A stretch of 63,325 nucleotides of DNA, the filler included, from Stramenopiles sp. TOSAG23-3 (lineage: Eukaryota): assembly GCA_900128585.1 (NCBI GenBank). It is 7 parts of 7 records of this genome, joined end to end, with 100 filler letters (N's around TTAATTAATTAA, not from the genome) between each part and the next. Parts side by side here need not be neighbours in the genome. Positions count along the whole stretch, not along the records: positions 61,491 to 63,325 come from LT645339.1; 6 more parts are not named here. One strand, written 5' to 3'. The translations under genes and the position numbers were made by a program. Positions 63,019 to 63,325 of the stretch are shown here, in pieces (positions within the stretch are counted from its first letter, which is position 1; each line of letters starts with the position of its first letter). The notes under the pieces were generated by a model. The model searched no databases, was not told the origin of the DNA, and was given only the letters and a program-made list of their open reading frames with translations.

Positions 63019-63080
63019 CTTCTTCTCTGCTTCTTCTCTGCTTCTTCTCTGCTTCTTCTCTGCTTCTTCTCTGCTTCTCT
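63019..63080. repeat. 11-bp minisatellite (CTTCTTCTCTG)n
   Basis: Directly visible, ~5 copies. Confidence 0.9.
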
Positions 63081-63325
63081 CGCCGTCGTTCATCATCCAT
63101 CATCATCACAGAAAAAAAAAGAAAAAAAGAAGAACGAAAGAAGAAGAAAAAAATAGTATTATTATATAATTAATAATAATAATGACAATAAAACGGGGAC
63201 GGATAGAAGAAGAAAAAAGAAGAAGAAGAAGAAGAAAAAACTACTATACGAGTAGTAATTAATAATAAAAAAAAGACAAAGTATGATTCGATCCGATTAA
63301 TCATTCATATGATGTTTCTTTTCTC

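Overview
Eukaryotic DNA from a flagellated protist. It is probably a heterotrophic stramenopile, inferred from CFAP69, gene content and genome style. The window is not contiguous: it is 7 unrelated, length-sorted contigs (1-14324, 14425-28732, 28833-43127, 43228-57519, 57620-59455, 59556-61390, 61491-63325) joined by artificial N44-TTAATTAATTAA-N44 linkers. Genes are essentially intronless, mostly GC-rich islands separated by very AT-rich, microsatellite-laden spacers. Recognisable genes: CFAP69, an SLC12 cation-chloride cotransporter, SEC14/CRAL-TRIO-GOLD, ORC5, a head-to-head urocanase/imidazolonepropionase pair, an aldo-keto reductase, Era GTPase, a PI-PLC-like enzyme, DUF229, and caspase-like and carboxylesterase fragments. 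The most unusual items are: (1) ORC5 fused to a zinc finger and nine MBD-like W-x-x-L-x3-GW repeats; (2) a SLOG + tandem SLATT(2TM) protein resembling bacterial nucleotide-activated anti-phage effectors; (3) a J-domain fused to a Cys-less pentameric ligand-gated channel; (4) a secreted protein with a bacterial pre-toxin-TG-like motif; (5) a SAM-like/vWA/E2 fusion; (6) a dispersed modular non-coding repeat family lying near a decayed coding relic. All domain calls come from motif recognition by eye; no searches were run.
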